Source: Prorocentrum cordatum
Lineage: Eukaryota
Direction of reading: 5' to 3'
Assembly (NCBI GenBank): GCA_963575745.1
Contig: CAUYUJ010000192.1
Coordinates: 558,001 to 622,000, forward strand
DNA: 64,000 nt
Part shown: piece by piece, positions 50,601 to 63,599 of the stretch
How the letters are laid out: each line of letters starts with the position of its first letter
How positions within the stretch are numbered: position 1 is the stretch's first letter
Made by a program: the position numbers and the translations under genes
The notes under the pieces: generated by a model
Databases searched by the model: none
Told to the model about the DNA's origin: nothing
The model's input: only the letters and a program-made list of their open reading frames with translations

Positions 50601-51736
50601 GGGCACCGTCCCGTACTTACCGCGCCCACCCTCCCAAACAATGTAGAATGCGATATTGTAGGCCTTGGCCTTCGTGGTGTACATAATCATGATGTGCATG
50701 CCAGGAACAACCCGACTCCGTGGCCGCCCCCCCCCCCTCCACTTTGTCATTGCCTCCTCCACCTCCTTCTTCACCATGAGTGCTGCGCGTGTCGTTGTTT
50801 CATTCCCAGTCCTAGTGCCACACTATTTTCTTTGCGTTGACTTCAACATTCCTACTCCCCCCTCGCACCTTGACCGCATGGCCCTTGTATCCTAATTGCT
50901 TGTCGTGTTCCCTCCCTTGTCTGGTCTGCTTGCCGCGGAAGAACATGCTACCTGCCTTGTCCCTGTGCTTATCTTCCGCAATGTTCTTGCTTTATGGAAA
51001 AAAACATGCTTTAAAAAACAAAAGACACGCAATACGTGTCCTATTGGTAGTGCTGGTGTCGAAGGTGAGCATGCCCGTCCGAGCTGGTTCTGTAAACATT
51101 TCCATGTTTGCCCTATGCCCCTCCCCTATGATCTGTTCGAGCATGTTTCCAATTCGCTCCACCAGAAGTTTTGCTTATTTTCCTTTGTTGAACCTGGATG
51201 TTACGACTTGCTTGTCCCTATCCTGGTCTTCCTCGAGGTTGTCGTGGCTCCCCATCCCCGTCTTCATCTCCTCAATCTCCTTCCTGATCGCTTTCATCTC
51301 GTCGCTGTTCTTCTTAACTGTACTCTTCACAGCCTCCACCGCCTGCTCGGCCATTCCTTCGGCGGCCTTCGCTTGCCGCGCGAATGTCCTTAGCTTCCTC
51401 GACATCTTTTATCGTATCCTTCATGTCCTTCCTCATGCCCTTCATCATGCGCATAACATTTACAGTCATGGTCTCGACGCCCAGCTCCTGTTATTATTAT
51501 TCCTCCTCTCTTCCTCCATCTCGAAGTCCTGTGATTCGTCGCCCTCCTTTGCTTAGTCAGCTTTCGACTTGTATCCTTTGGAGTCGAGCCCGTGCTCGCC
51601 TCCTCTTTCGTTCATCCGTTGAATTCCATTTTGTAGCGACGGTCATCCAAGAAGCCGGTTCTTCCCAGCACGACAGACTTACAAGCAAAAGTAACATGCC
51701 TGAAGTGATCAAACATTCCTTGAGCCAAAGAGGTGG
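47690..51736 (-). mobile_element. Decayed but apparently full-length LINE (ORF1 + RTE-like APE/RT)
   Basis: ORF1 remnant 50700-51650. APE: MRIALWNAAG, SVAILIRKSW, IGIDANAKV, LIITNAYFTK. RT: EDGLVAEMLKVGG, LLQKGDASLSNN, EEVGFLKG. C-terminal DWRNAEWW...GRFARLEDD. Confidence 0.85.
51719..51736 (-). other. DinoSL-like relic CCACCTCTTTGGCTCAAG
   Basis: Perfect 11-nt match to the SL 3' end (TTTGGCTCAAG) at the boundary between the LINE 5' end and an unrelated repeat. Confidence 0.6.
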
Positions 51737-54039
51737 CCCAAAGTGATCCAATGGCTCAGAGGTGGCCCCGAATCGCCCCAAAATGATGCGGAGGTGGCCC
51801 CAAGATGGTCCAAGATAGATCGAAGCGAACGAAACGACTGCAAGGACACCTCAAGATGGCCGACTGATAAACCCTCGGAGGCCCCCTGGAAAGACCAAAC
51901 TATCAATATTCGATGTGCTTTGCCGTGATTGACCTTCTCGCACTGGCGGGCTCCAATGAGCTTCTCGGACCGGAAGGTGGCCACAAGGGAGCCCCAAGAG
52001 TCCTGAGAGGGCCGCGAGACACTACAGGAGGACACCAAGAGAGCTCCAGGAGGCCACCAAAGCCGCTAAAGAGCGCAAGCAAGTGGAAACCACACCATTC
52101 TTAAATCCTAAGGTTAGCAAGTATGGCCCGCGCTGGCCCAAGACCGCGCTGGCCCGCGCTGACCCAAGATGTCGTCAGATGGCCCGCGCTGGCCAAGACC
52201 GCAAACTACGGCTTAAGACGGCTGAAGAAACTCTCCTCGAAGACTCCCAAGAAGCCCGAGTCATGGAAAACATACAGTTGATATATTATCATGTTGCTCT
52301 CGGGCCCCGAGGTGGCCCCAAGACCACTGAAAAGCAACAACTAATCCTCAAGAAGGGGCCCTAGGATGGCCCAAATGCGATACACGAGTATCCAAAACAG
52401 ACCCAAAGAGGCGTCAAAGAGGCCAGAGCAGACGGGCTCGGACGATCGCACCGCATCGCCGATGCACCGGCGACGTCGGCACGGTGAGAATCGGACTCCC
52501 GATCGCGCAGCATCGCCGATGCATCGGCGATGAGGCGCTATCCTGCGATCCCATCAAGTCTGGCCACACGTTGGAGGGCTATAACTATCTCTCTCTAGGA
52601 GAGGCGGCATCCGTCAGCCCGCAGCGTCCCTCACGTCCCACTTGCCCTTGCTCCCGAGCCTCCTCGGCGCGCTCTCTGGGCACCACAGGATGGCCCCTCT
52701 GCCTGCACCACGAACGCTACAACCCACACCGCCGCCTGCACCCCACGAGGCCAGGACGGCAACCCCCACACAAACCAGAGACCCAGACGGAAGCCGAGGC
52801 GCATGAGCGGAGACCGATCGAGACTAAGACACAACGCGAGGCACCTCCATCGAAGCGCCGCGCCGAGACGGAAGGTTAAGTCGGGCGCGTCCCCCTACAA
52901 TACTAAAAAATACTCCAAGCTTGTCCCCAAACTATTTATTACCATGTTTGAATAATTCCCCCTGTAGAGGGACAGGCCCGACTTCAACGTAAGTACAGAA
53001 CATCGGGCCAGAGTGCCACTCTCGACGGGTGAGCTTTTTCTGCCTCTCGTGCTGCATGCGCTGGCCATCACTGCTCCCATGCGCTGTCCCCAACTTCAAC
53101 AAGGGCTCCCAACTTCGCGCTTCGCGCTGCGCGAAGCGCGAAGTGCGAATAACTTCGCGCTCTCGCGCCGCCTCCCAGGGGAGAAAAGGAGGATGAGGAA
53201 TCGGAGCCGAACCGCGCAGCGCGAAGCGCGAATAACTTCGCACCCTCGAGGGCGCCCTTGCTTCAAGGCCATGTCTGCTCAGAGCGCGCCGACATTGTTT
53301 TTTTGACACGCGACACCTTTGCACTACTGTGACGGGAAGTCTGGCATGGTCTGGAGACACAGGCGGTGCGATCCTCGATGGCCGAAGCGGCAACCCCGAC
53401 ACGCCTGGTCGCGGCTAGAACACCGAGGAGGAGGAAGAGAAGCAAGCAAGCAAAATACGGTAGAGGGAAACAATTACTGAACACTCCCCCTCCCCCCCAA
53501 ACTCAATGTTGGCACGCGCGGGGGAGACTGCGGTCGAAGTACATCTCATCAGACCCACCGCCAACTTTGAACATTTGGGGGGAGGGGGAGGCGTTGACGG
53601 CTGAATGTGGCATGTGTTCGCTAATTTGTTCCGAGCAGGCGAGCAAGCGAGCAAGCAAGATGGCAAGCAGCAGCAGGCAAGCAAGGCAGCAAGCGAGCAA
53701 GGTGGCAAGGAGGAGGAGAAGCAGGCAAGCACGATGGCGAGCAGCTCGTGGAGTCCTGGCGCAGAAGCCGTGGCCTGCGGCAGAAAAAAAGGTGGGAGCT
53801 CTTGCGCACTCGGGGGGGCACCCCGGGCGAGCGCCGCCACACATCTGCACACGCCTGGGCCCGGGGCCCGGGGCCCTCGCCCGAAAAGGACGACCTGCCA
53901 CGAGGAGGAGGAGGAGGAGGAGGACGAGGAGGAGGAGGAGGAGGAGGAGGAGAACGACGACGAGTAGAAATGTTGAGACGATACGACGGTACTGCAATCC
54001 TGAGGCTAAAGTCCGCTCCACGTCATAGAGGAGGAATGC

Positions 54040-54540
54040 TGCCATGAAGGAGATAACCAGACTCGGACCGATGCCCATCCCTAAGATGGGCAGGCCAGAG
54101 AGCGCTGACGGTCTGAGGGCTGTGCCCTAAGAAGCTGCGACAATGCTTAAAGATCGACATCGAGGTAAGGTGATACCAAACATACTGGTACGGAAAGAGT
54201 TCCTGAGTCCTGAGCGAAGCGGGTCCCGAATCCCGGGGCGCTTCCCAGGATAGCCTGCTCATTCCGAGCCATGTGTTTTCCCACAGCGAGGAGCGACCAA
54301 GCTACGCAGAAGGCATCTGCGCACCAACACAATTGCAAAGATGCCTTCTGCGGAGGACTGCTCGTCAGTTGAGCCGACCTGGAGGAGATAACAACTGCAT
54401 GAGCACAACCTTTTGGAGGCTCGCGCGGACTTCTTGTATCGGCGCTGGACTTCTACTCCCTGGCTCGCGGAGAGTCGCCGCCAGGGGGGTTCAGCGCCAG
54501 TACATGAAATCCACGCAGAGCTCGGAAAGTCTATGTTTTA
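54040..54540 (-). pseudogene. Possible decayed tyrosine-recombinase fragment (DIRS-like)
   Basis: Multi-frame motif order RALRGF..LA, LLSPPG, NTWLG, LFPYQY, FKHCRSFLG, HLRDG loosely resembles YR domains; weak. Confidence 0.3.
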
Positions 54541-54760
54541 ACGTTGCTCGACCACCACGCGGCGGGCCCCGAGGAAGACACTCCACCAAGCGCCCAGACT
54601 AAACGCCCCCCCGCGCCAGCAGGCTCGATCGCAGCGAAGAGGGGCGGAGCAGGAGACGCATCCGGGGCTGCTGACACCACGTGAATCGCTCAACCTTGTG
54701 CGATCGCGGCTCTCCGAAAGCGCAGATCTGTCAATGTTGGACGAATGACCGCTGGCTAGA

Positions 54761-55007
54761 GGCCTCCCAGATGGGGTCCGAGTAGATGGGCGCGGAGGAT
54801 CGCGCCGCATCGCCGATGCATCGCCGATGCATCGGCGATGCGTTGGCGATGCAGGGGCAATGTCGACGATGCATTGGCGCTGTCGGCGATGCATTGGCGC
54901 CGTCGGCGTGGAGAAAGACGAGCTCGGCACCGAGCAGCATCGCCGATGCATCGGCGATGCGGCGCGATCCTCCGACCCCTATCTACTCGGACCCCATCTG
55001 GGAGGCC
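54761..55007. mobile_element. Foldback element (about 65-bp TIR, first 27 bp perfect) between 26-bp direct repeats
   Basis: ggcctcccagatggggtccgagtagat / atctactcggaccccatctgggaggcc; repeats at 54731-54756 and 55014-55039; related fragment near 52435-52560. Confidence 0.85.
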
Positions 55008-55631
55008 CAGAGTTCAATGTCGGACGAGTGACCGCTGGCGGCGTTCGCCCTGGAACGCCCGCGGTGCGGTCGCCGCCGAAACCACGCGGCACGCACCTGC
55101 CGTGCACAGGCGCCGCCTGCGGAGGACCGCCCGCCACTTGAGTCTACCACGCGGCCGGCCCCGAGTGGGAGACCCCACTGGGCGCCCAAGAGAGCACGCC
55201 AGCCCGCGCTGGCGGGTTCGACCGCGATCGTTGACGGGGGATATGGCGACCCCAATCCCCGAATGGTTGGGAGGTTGTCGACTGGACTAATGATGTGGGG
55301 CACAACCCTGGGATGTGCGATGAGGGTGTGTCCGAATCACCTCCCTCGGGGTGCATCCCAGAGCTTCCTCCCTTTTCTGGGCGGCCCAACTCTTCTGGCA
55401 GAACTGGGGGATTGGGGGAAACAAATCGCATGCGACACGGGGCCGGGAGCATTCGCACCGGATCCTGAGAGAAACAAGTCCTGTACCCAGAGGCCTTCCC
55501 GTAGGACGAGTTCTACATCCTGAGTCGTTTTCTGACAGTCCTGGGGCCCGTGGAAGGCACCGAGAGCCCGAAAACGGTGAGGACCCGTTTCCCTCAGGAC
55601 CCGCTTCCCCTATGGCAAGAGCAGGAGACGC

Positions 55632-55677
55632 CTCCGGGGGCGCTCACCGAGCTGGTGGTCAGCGCGCTGTACACCAC
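55632..55677 (-). CDS. Host beta-propeller gene, exon a (VVYSALTTSSVSAPG+G)
   Basis: Minus strand reads ttgccag|GTG GTG TAC...CCC GGA G|gcgtct: AG|G acceptor, GC donor, 46 nt. The phase-1 end joins exon b to give SAPGGVAVDN. Confidence 0.85.
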
Positions 55678-55769
55678 CTGGCAAGCGAGCCCCCTCCCTG
55701 GGTTCCGGAGCGAACATAAGGCCAGCGCCGCTCCGCGCCCGCGCGGGGTGGGGCGCCTCTCCCTCGACT

Positions 55770-55855
55770 CGATCATCCTCCTCCTCCTCCTCCTCCTCCT
55801 CCTCCTCATCCTCATCCTCATCCTCATCCTCATCCTCATCCTCATCCTCATCCTT

Positions 55856-55934
<79 letters not shown>

Positions 55935-56930
55935 GCATCATCATCATCATCATCATCCCACCACCACCACCATCATGATCATCATCATCATCTTCACCAC
56001 CACAACCACCATCTTTATTACCATCACCATCACCATCATCGGCATCATCACCATGAGCATCATCATCATCGACAGCATCAGCGTCATCATAATCATCACC
56101 AGCACCATCGTCATCATCGTCAACGTCACCATCATCATCAACACCACCACCACCATAGTCATCACCATCACCATCACCATCACCATCATCGACATCATCA
56201 CTATGAGCACCATTAGCATCATCAACATCATCAGCGTCATCATCGCCATCACCATCACCATCGTCATTATCATCAGCATCAGCATCACCATCACCATCAG
56301 CATCAACACTACCAGCATTATCAACCACACCATCAGCATTGTCATCACCACCATCATCACTATCACCAGCAGCACCAGCACCATCATCTCCATCAGCCTC
56401 ACAATGAGCATAAGGATCAGCACCATCAGCAGCAGAAGCAGCAGTATCATCTTAACCAGCACCATCATCATCAACGGCAACATTATAAACAGCATCAGCA
56501 CATTCATCACAATCATTAGCATCACAGTCATCATCAGCATCAGCATCGTCATCTCCATCGCCATGGTCATCATCATCACCATCAACATCGTCATCCCCAT
56601 CGCCATCATCATCCTTAGTATCAGCATAAGCGCCAGCATCAGCATCATCAGCAGCAGCATCGCCAATATACTCAGCACCAATATCATCATCATCATCATC
56701 ATCATCATCAGCAGCAGCATCAACTGAAGGGGCCCTGGGACACACAAGTAAATACACACAAATAACAAGATTCTTCATATGTTCCCATATTTTCAAGGTT
56801 TTTGTCTTCCCCCCCACCTCCCACATGTTCCCCACATTTTCCTTGTATTCGACGATTAGTTGTGTCTGTGTTTTCTTCCCCTCCTGATCAACACCATCAT
56901 CATCAGCATCATCATCATCACCATCATCAT
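55770..56930 (+). repeat. Degenerate (CAT/CAC/CAG)n trinucleotide tract
   Basis: Directly visible; source of the poly-I/M/D ORFs. Confidence 0.97.
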
Positions 56931-57730
56931 GGCGTCCTGTTTGTCGACAGTCGCGCGCCAGAGCAAGGTGTGCGCGCGTTGGCGCTAGTGCCAGGCCTCC
57001 CCCCACTAGCCGCACCGCGTCGCCGCTTGGCACGCGGACCAGGCTCACAGTGGGCCGCCCCTCTGCGAGCCAGCGAAGGCCCCCTCGAGGGGCCCACCGG
57101 CCCCTGATGCACGACACCACGATGGGCCCACAAAGCGGCCACACAGCGCGGTGGGCCACGGAGCGCTCTCCTGCCAGCAGCAGGGGGGGACTCCGCCCCG
57201 AGCCTGACCGTGGGTCAACGCGGCCCCATAGTCTCAAAGACTGTCTCCTCCACACTCCCTGCGGGAGAAACCCGAAGGAACTCGCAGCGGGACGGGTGGC
57301 GGTCACGCCCGTAGCCCGAGACAGAGCCGGCAGGAGATGTCAGGGGGAGCTTGTGGGTCAGGTCCCCAGGCACAGACAGCAACGAAAGAAGCCGTCGAGC
57401 TCCCCCAAACGTTTCCCGCTATGCTCCCGTGCAATTCGGGAAACCAAAGGGCACGTCCATCATGGCGTCATTTTTGTCGACAGTCGCGCCAGAGCATGAT
57501 GTGCGCGCGCTGGCGCGAGTGTCAGCCCCCCCCCCTACTAGCCGCACCGCGTCGCCGCTTGGCACGCGGACCAGGCTCACAGCGGGCCGCCCCTCTGCGA
57601 GCCAGCGAAGGCCCCCTCGAGGGGCCCGCCGGCCCTTGATCGACGACGCCACGCCGGGCCCATAAAGGGGCCACACAGCACGGTGGCTACGCCAGGCGCA
57701 CAAAGGGGCCACACAGCGCGGTGGGCCGCA
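56920..57730 (+). repeat. About 230-bp local direct duplication (56920-57160 vs 57458-57730)
   Basis: Shared tttgtcgacagtcgcgc...ctagccgcaccgcgtcgccgcttggcacgcggaccaggctcacag. Confidence 0.9.
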
Positions 57731-58189
57731 GAGCGCCTTCCTGCCATTCCGCCCCGAGCCTGAACCGGCCCCTGAGGGCAAGGTCTCCGAGACTGCCACC
57801 TCCACATTCCACCGCTCCCTGATCTTTTCTGGCTCGCCAGCCGCATGCGGTGAACTGGGGGCCTCCGCCACGCTAGGCCCTGGGGTTCACGCGGCGCACG
57901 AGCGACCCAACGGGCAGCGGAAAGAAAACAAAACAAAACAACTCCGCCCTACCCCACGATGGCTAACTAGCCGCGTTAAGTATGACGTTCTTGAATATCT
58001 GGATCGCCTCCAGTTTTTTGCAACCACAGGTTTGAATATCTGGGCCGCCTCCAGTTATGTAGATGCAATTGTGCCTTCCTGAAATTTCACTCGGGCATTT
58101 CTGCCATTTTCTGCCTGGGCCTGGATCGCCGACCGCCGAAGCGAGGCGCGATGTTGACCGCGCGGCGCGCTTATTTCACGCCTCCAGGC

Positions 58190-59600
58190 CCTGGCATCGT
58201 CTGCTCAGCATGGGGCCCGCCCGCCCTGCCGCCGCCGATCTTTTCGGCACCTCTTGCTTTCGCGCCAGCGCCAACCGCGGGCGCTGCGACATATGATGAG
58301 GCGCCGCGCGCGCCACTTCTTTCCCAGAGGGTGGTAACGCGGCAACTCTCCGGCCTTAGCCTGTTATTAAGGGCTCTTGACGTGCCGCCGTTCGCGCCGC
58401 GATTGTCTCCATCTCCAGCGCCGCGCGCCATGCCTGCGCTTTGTCGGGGCAGCCGCCGACGCCATGCAGGCGCCCACTCTCGACGACGTCGAGGCCGATA
58501 CGAGGAGAACGCGCGCTCGCGCTATGGCCGCCGCTCCAGCGTTGCAGCTCGCTGCGCCCCAGCCGCGCTGGGGGCCGTCGGCCCAGCGCGGGCCTCGCCC
58601 GCCCTGCCGCCGCCGATCTCGCCGGCACTTTTGTCTTTCACGTCGGCGCCGCCCTCGGGCACTGCGAGGGTTGACGAGGTGCCGCGCGCGCCATGTCCTT
58701 CCCCGAGAATGATTATGTGGCCGCTCTTTGGCTTTAGCCCCTGCTGTTGCGAGCTGCGAAGGCGCCGCCGTTCGCTCCGCGATCGACGCCGCCCCCGACG
58801 CCGCGCGCCTGTCTGCGATCTACCGGAGCAGCCACCGACGCCGCGCCGGCGCCCAATTTCGATCTCGACGAGGTAGACGCGAGCAAAGTGCCCGCTTGCG
58901 CCGCGGCGACGATCCCCGCGGGCGCGTTGGCGCGAGCATCGGGCCCCCCCCCCGTTGCCAGCGCGCCGATGGCGTCTGGCACGCTGACTAGTCACGCAGA
59001 GGGCCACGCCCGCACGCCCGCGAGGGCCCCTAAGGGCCACCCCGCGAATAGGCAGCGCTGGCCACGCCTGGGCTAGACCAGCGGCCGCGCTGACTGGGCA
59101 AACAAAAAGCCACGCCTGCGAGCCCGCGAGGGCCCCCGAAAGCGCCGCGCCGCGAGCGCGCAGCACTGGCCACACCTGGGCCAGACCAGCGGCACCACGG
59201 GGGGGCCCGAAGGGCCAGGCCACCGCGAGGGCCACCTGGCGTCTTCCCGCCAACGGCAGGGGGGCATTCCAGCCGCGCCAGGGGTCGCCGGGACCGCGCG
59301 GGCCCTGCCCGCCCTGCCGCCGCCGATCTCGTCGGCCCTTCTGACTTTCAAGGCACTGCGAGGGTCGATGAGGCGCCGCGCGCGCAGCTTCCTTCCCCGA
59401 GGGCGATTCTGCGGCCACTCTCCAGCCTTCACACCTGCGGTTGCGGGCTGCGAGAGCGCCACCGTTGGCGCCACGATTGGCGCAGCGTCGGCGCCGCGCA
59501 CCCGCCTGCGCTACGCCGAAGATGCCGCCGACGCCATGTCGGCGCCGATTCTCGATCTCGTCGAGGTTGACACGAGCGCATTGCACGCTCGTGCCGCGGC
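58190..59600 (+). repeat. Three diverged copies of a 300-380 bp GC-rich unit
   Basis: gcccgccctgccgccgccgatct recurs near 58218, 58597 and 59307 with colinear downstream similarity. Confidence 0.75.
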
Positions 59601-60299
59601 GACTACCTGGGCGCCGCAATTCGCTCCGCCCCGGAAGGGAGGGGGCCCTCTACCCGGCGGGGATTAGGCTGGCCGATCTGCGCGGGGGGGCCCGCCAGAC
59701 CAGCGGCGCCTCGGCCAGCGCGCGAAGGCCGCGGAATGGCTGCCGCAGATTCCACCAGCCACGGTTGCCCACGACCAGTTTCCGGCGCCCACTCGGGGAT
59801 TGCCCCGGTCAGGCGGCGGCCGCCTCCGCGCTGCAGAGCCTCAGGCTCCACCCCAGCAAGCCCCCCGAGCGCCTCGCCGGCGACGGAGCCACCTGGGGCT
59901 CACCCTTGAACTCCGCGCCATTGCAAGGGCCACCACGTCCAACCCGAGTACTCGACACCAGCAGGGCGCGCGGTTTGGCGCAATGGGACACTCAGCTCCG
60001 CCGAGCCCCCCAGTCCAGAGCTCGGCCTCTACAGACCCCCCAGCGCGTCGCAGGCGGCGAGGCCCCCCGAGGCCCGAACAGCCTTCGGCAAAACTCCCGC
60101 CGCATCGAACTGGCCCTGAACTCTCTCCGTCGACGAGGTATCCGACCGCGCTCGGGTTCCCGCGCGCCGCCCGGGCACGTCGGTTGACGCGGTCGTTCAG
60201 CGCCTCGGCCCACAGGCATCGGCGACGTCTACCCTGGCGCCTGCCCCGCAGCGCACTTCCTCAAGCGCGAAAGCCAGAGGGCCCCTGCCTCCTTGGCCA

Positions 60300-62000
60300 A
60301 CCCCACGCGCGCCTCGGCGGCGTCGGAATTGCGCATTCTCTTCCGCTAGCCGCAGCTGTCCGAGTGGTAGCCCTCCAAATGGATCTGGAGATGGCCCCGC
60401 TGCCCCCCCTCCCCCCCGGCCCCCTGCGGCGGCGAACGCGCGGGGGGGAACTTCATCGGCGGCTTCTGGGCAAACACGGGCTCGTTGTTGACGAGCGCCG
60501 CGAGGCCAGGGACGCGCTCGCAATTGGCCCCCCAGGGCTCGCTCGCCCAGCCCCTCAGCACCAGTGAATAATTCGTCGAGCTCTGGGCGATCAAAGCCAT
60601 GGAGATCTACGCCCCCCTGCCCCTCGGCGCCGCAGCCTTCATGGCGGCGCGGCGCGCGTCGGCGCAATTGCCGTCGGCGAGCAGCGCGTCGACGCCCCGA
60701 GCGTCGTCGCGGCCCTCCGCGGGCAGATCGTCGGTCGCATGGAAGGCGTGCTTCACGTCGGTGAACCCGCGCTGCCGCTGCAGCCTGGCGAACGCCGCGC
60801 TGACGGACTCAAGGTCGCCCACGAGGCGATCACCTCGAGGGCCGCTGCGACGGTGCCGCTGTCGAAAAATTCGCCGCGCTCGAAGAGCGCCAGCCCGTCG
60901 CGCGCCCTCCACGCCGCGGCGCGCGGCTTGGCACATGCTGGCGAGGCTCAGGAAACTTCTGAAGGATGTCGAAGCCCTCCTGCTCGAGGGGGCCCCTGCC
61001 GTCGATGGCAATGGCGGGAACCTGCCGGGCGACGCTGATCCCGTCGCCGACGCAGTCCTGGGCGTCGCACCGCTGCGTCTGCAGGCGGTCGGGGCGCAGA
61101 CGCCCGGGGGCGCCCACCTTGCGCGAGCGCGCCTGGGCGCCGCCGCCGCGGGCCATCGAATGGGGCCCCCGCGCGGCCCACGGCATGAGCGCGCAGTCTC
61201 GTTCGCGCGGACCGGCGCTGCCCAGCTGTTCCCCGAGCGCGGCATCGCATTCCAATGCGCTCGCCCATGGGCATCGCGAGGGCGAGCCGGGTCTTCTCCC
61301 GGGCGCCGCCCACGCGCACCTTGGAGCAGCCCGACCAGCCTGGCCACTCGGACCTGAAGCAGTGGACTGGGCAGCGAAACCGGTGGCACTCCACGCCTTC
61401 GACGCCGCTCCTGCGCTTGGCGAGTAGCAGGGAACAGGCCATGCCGAATAACATCGCGCGGATGATGACCTGCCTGGCGAAGTGCCCCATGCCGCCGCAC
61501 GCGTCGACGTCGACGCCCCGTCCGTGGACGGGGCAGCTGTCGGCGCAAACTAACGGCACTGGGCCGCCGCTTCAGCCGGCGGCGCACGGCCCCGCTGACC
61601 AGCCCGTCACGTCGCAGTCCTTGATCGACGCCTTGGGCGAAACGGTGGCGCACGCCCACGCGTCGCGCACGGCCCCGGTCCTGCTGTTGGCGCAGAGGAT
61701 CTCGCCCGCGCGCTTTTTCGCAGTTCGCCATCTTGATCCAGAAGGCACGCTCGACGTCGCGGCGCTGCCCCTGGTCCTCGCGCGCCGTCGCCGCGAGGGC
61801 AGCGATGTCGGAGATGGGCTCGCCACACATGTCCGCGAACTTCATCTTGTTCGGCCTCAGCGTCGCGAGCTGCTCATTCATGTTCTCCTTCTCGCCATCG
61901 CCGTCTGCGTCGCGATTGCGCTGCGCGGCGCGGGTCAAGTCTTCCCGCAGGTCACTGAAAATGCCCCGCTCGAGCGCAATGGGATTGGGAAGGAACCCAA
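60300..62000 (-). mobile_element. Heavily decayed non-LTR retrotransposon
   Basis: APE-like ILCANSRTG and VDVD..GHF, then RT-like GDGISV and GFTDVKHAF, in order across frameshifts. Confidence 0.4.
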
Positions 62001-62479
62001 CAGGAGACCTGGCCGTTGAGGCACTTCCTCGAGCCGCCTTCCGCTGCTTGACGCTCGACCGACGGAGGCGGAGGCGATGGATCGACCTGCAGCAGCGAGG
62101 GCGCCCCGAAGCTTGCGACCCCCGGGACTTCCTGGAGCACCTCCAGCACCCGCGGCGGCCGAAACCTATTTTGCTGCCAGGGAGGCGCCGCTCACTTCCA
62201 CCCGGGCGCCGCTGTCCGCTTCGCCGACCTGGAACTGCGCAAGAGAGCGCGCGTCGTCACAGCAGGCGCAGGGACACTTCGACATCTGCAGGCTGACGGT
62301 CATGGTGGTCATCCTGGCGCATCGACCGCACGCGCGCGTTCTTCTCGCCGGTCGAATGGACGCCCATCCTCCGCATTTCCTAAGCGCCCTTCAGATCGTC
62401 AATCCAGGCGCTCATGTCCACGATGCCCCTTGGGCCTGAGTGCCGCCCGACACGTGGAACTAGACACCACCGCGGCCTC

Positions 62480-63520
62480 CCCGATCGGGTGATCGAGTGT
62501 GTCGCGGCGGAAACCGTGGCGCCCCCTGACTGCGCCCTACTGGATACTGGCGGGGTGCCCGCGCACGCCTCGGTCCGAGGAGCTGGACACCAACGCGGCG
62601 CACTACCCCACCGGGGGGGAAGCCGCGCCCCTGCTCGCCTCAGCCCAGCCAGACGCCAGGGCGCAATCGTGCACGTCGCGCTGCATGCCGTGGTACTGCC
62701 TGACCTTGTAGAACCAGGCGCCGAAGGGGGCGCTGGACCACGTCAAGGCGGACATCGTGGTACTACTGCACAGAACGGGAACCCAGGCAGCGTCCGACCA
62801 CGCCCAGGCGGGCACTGTGGCAATGCTCGACACATCCGCGCCAGCCACCAGCAAAGTGACCGCGCATGTTGCGCTGGACACCGTGGTGCCGCTTGACCCC
62901 GTAGAACAAGATACCGACGGGTGCTCGGCCACGCCAGGCGGTCACCGTGGTAGCCCTAGTCTCCGACCACGCTGAGGTGGGCACCGCGGCACTCGCCCGA
63001 CTCCATCAGATACCCGCGAAGTCCTCGAACGCTTCGAGCTGGACACCGCGGCCGGGGTCGACACCGTTCTGCCGGACCCAAACGGGGTCCTCGTCCACGT
63101 CGAGGCGACGTCGTAGTCTGCGTAGAACTAAGCGCCCACGTGATGCTCGACCACATCGAGGCGGGGACTGCGGTACTGCTCGATTCCGCCGAACCAGATA
63201 CAAGATTGGCGCTCGAGCACGTCATGCTGCACGTCGTGGTCCTGATCGGGTCTGAAGCGCGGGGCACCGACGGAGTGCACGACCGCACCGAAGCGCGCGC
63301 CGTGGCATTGCTCGACGGTGGCGAGCTGGAGACCGATACAATGTTCGTTCACGCCGATTGGGGTTTCGTGGAACTGCTCGACTCCACCGTGCCCGATGAT
63401 TGCGCGGAGATCGAACAAGCAATGCTGGACCCCTTGGCACTGCTTAAATTCGTGGAGCACGGCGCGGTCGGAGTGCTCGACTACGCCGAAGGGGACACCG
63501 TGGCGTCAGCGTGGTACTGG
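62480..63520 (+). repeat. Decayed 33-bp (11-aa) periodic repeat with partial ORFs
   Basis: LDHIEAGTAVL / LDSAEPDTRLA / LEHVMLHVVVL / ... / LDYAEGDTVA. Confidence 0.6.
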
Positions 63521-63599
63521 ACACCAACGCAGTGTGCGTCCACGCCGAAGTGCACACCGAGGCAGCCCAACGCTGCACCGACACTCCTGTCCAGAGCCG

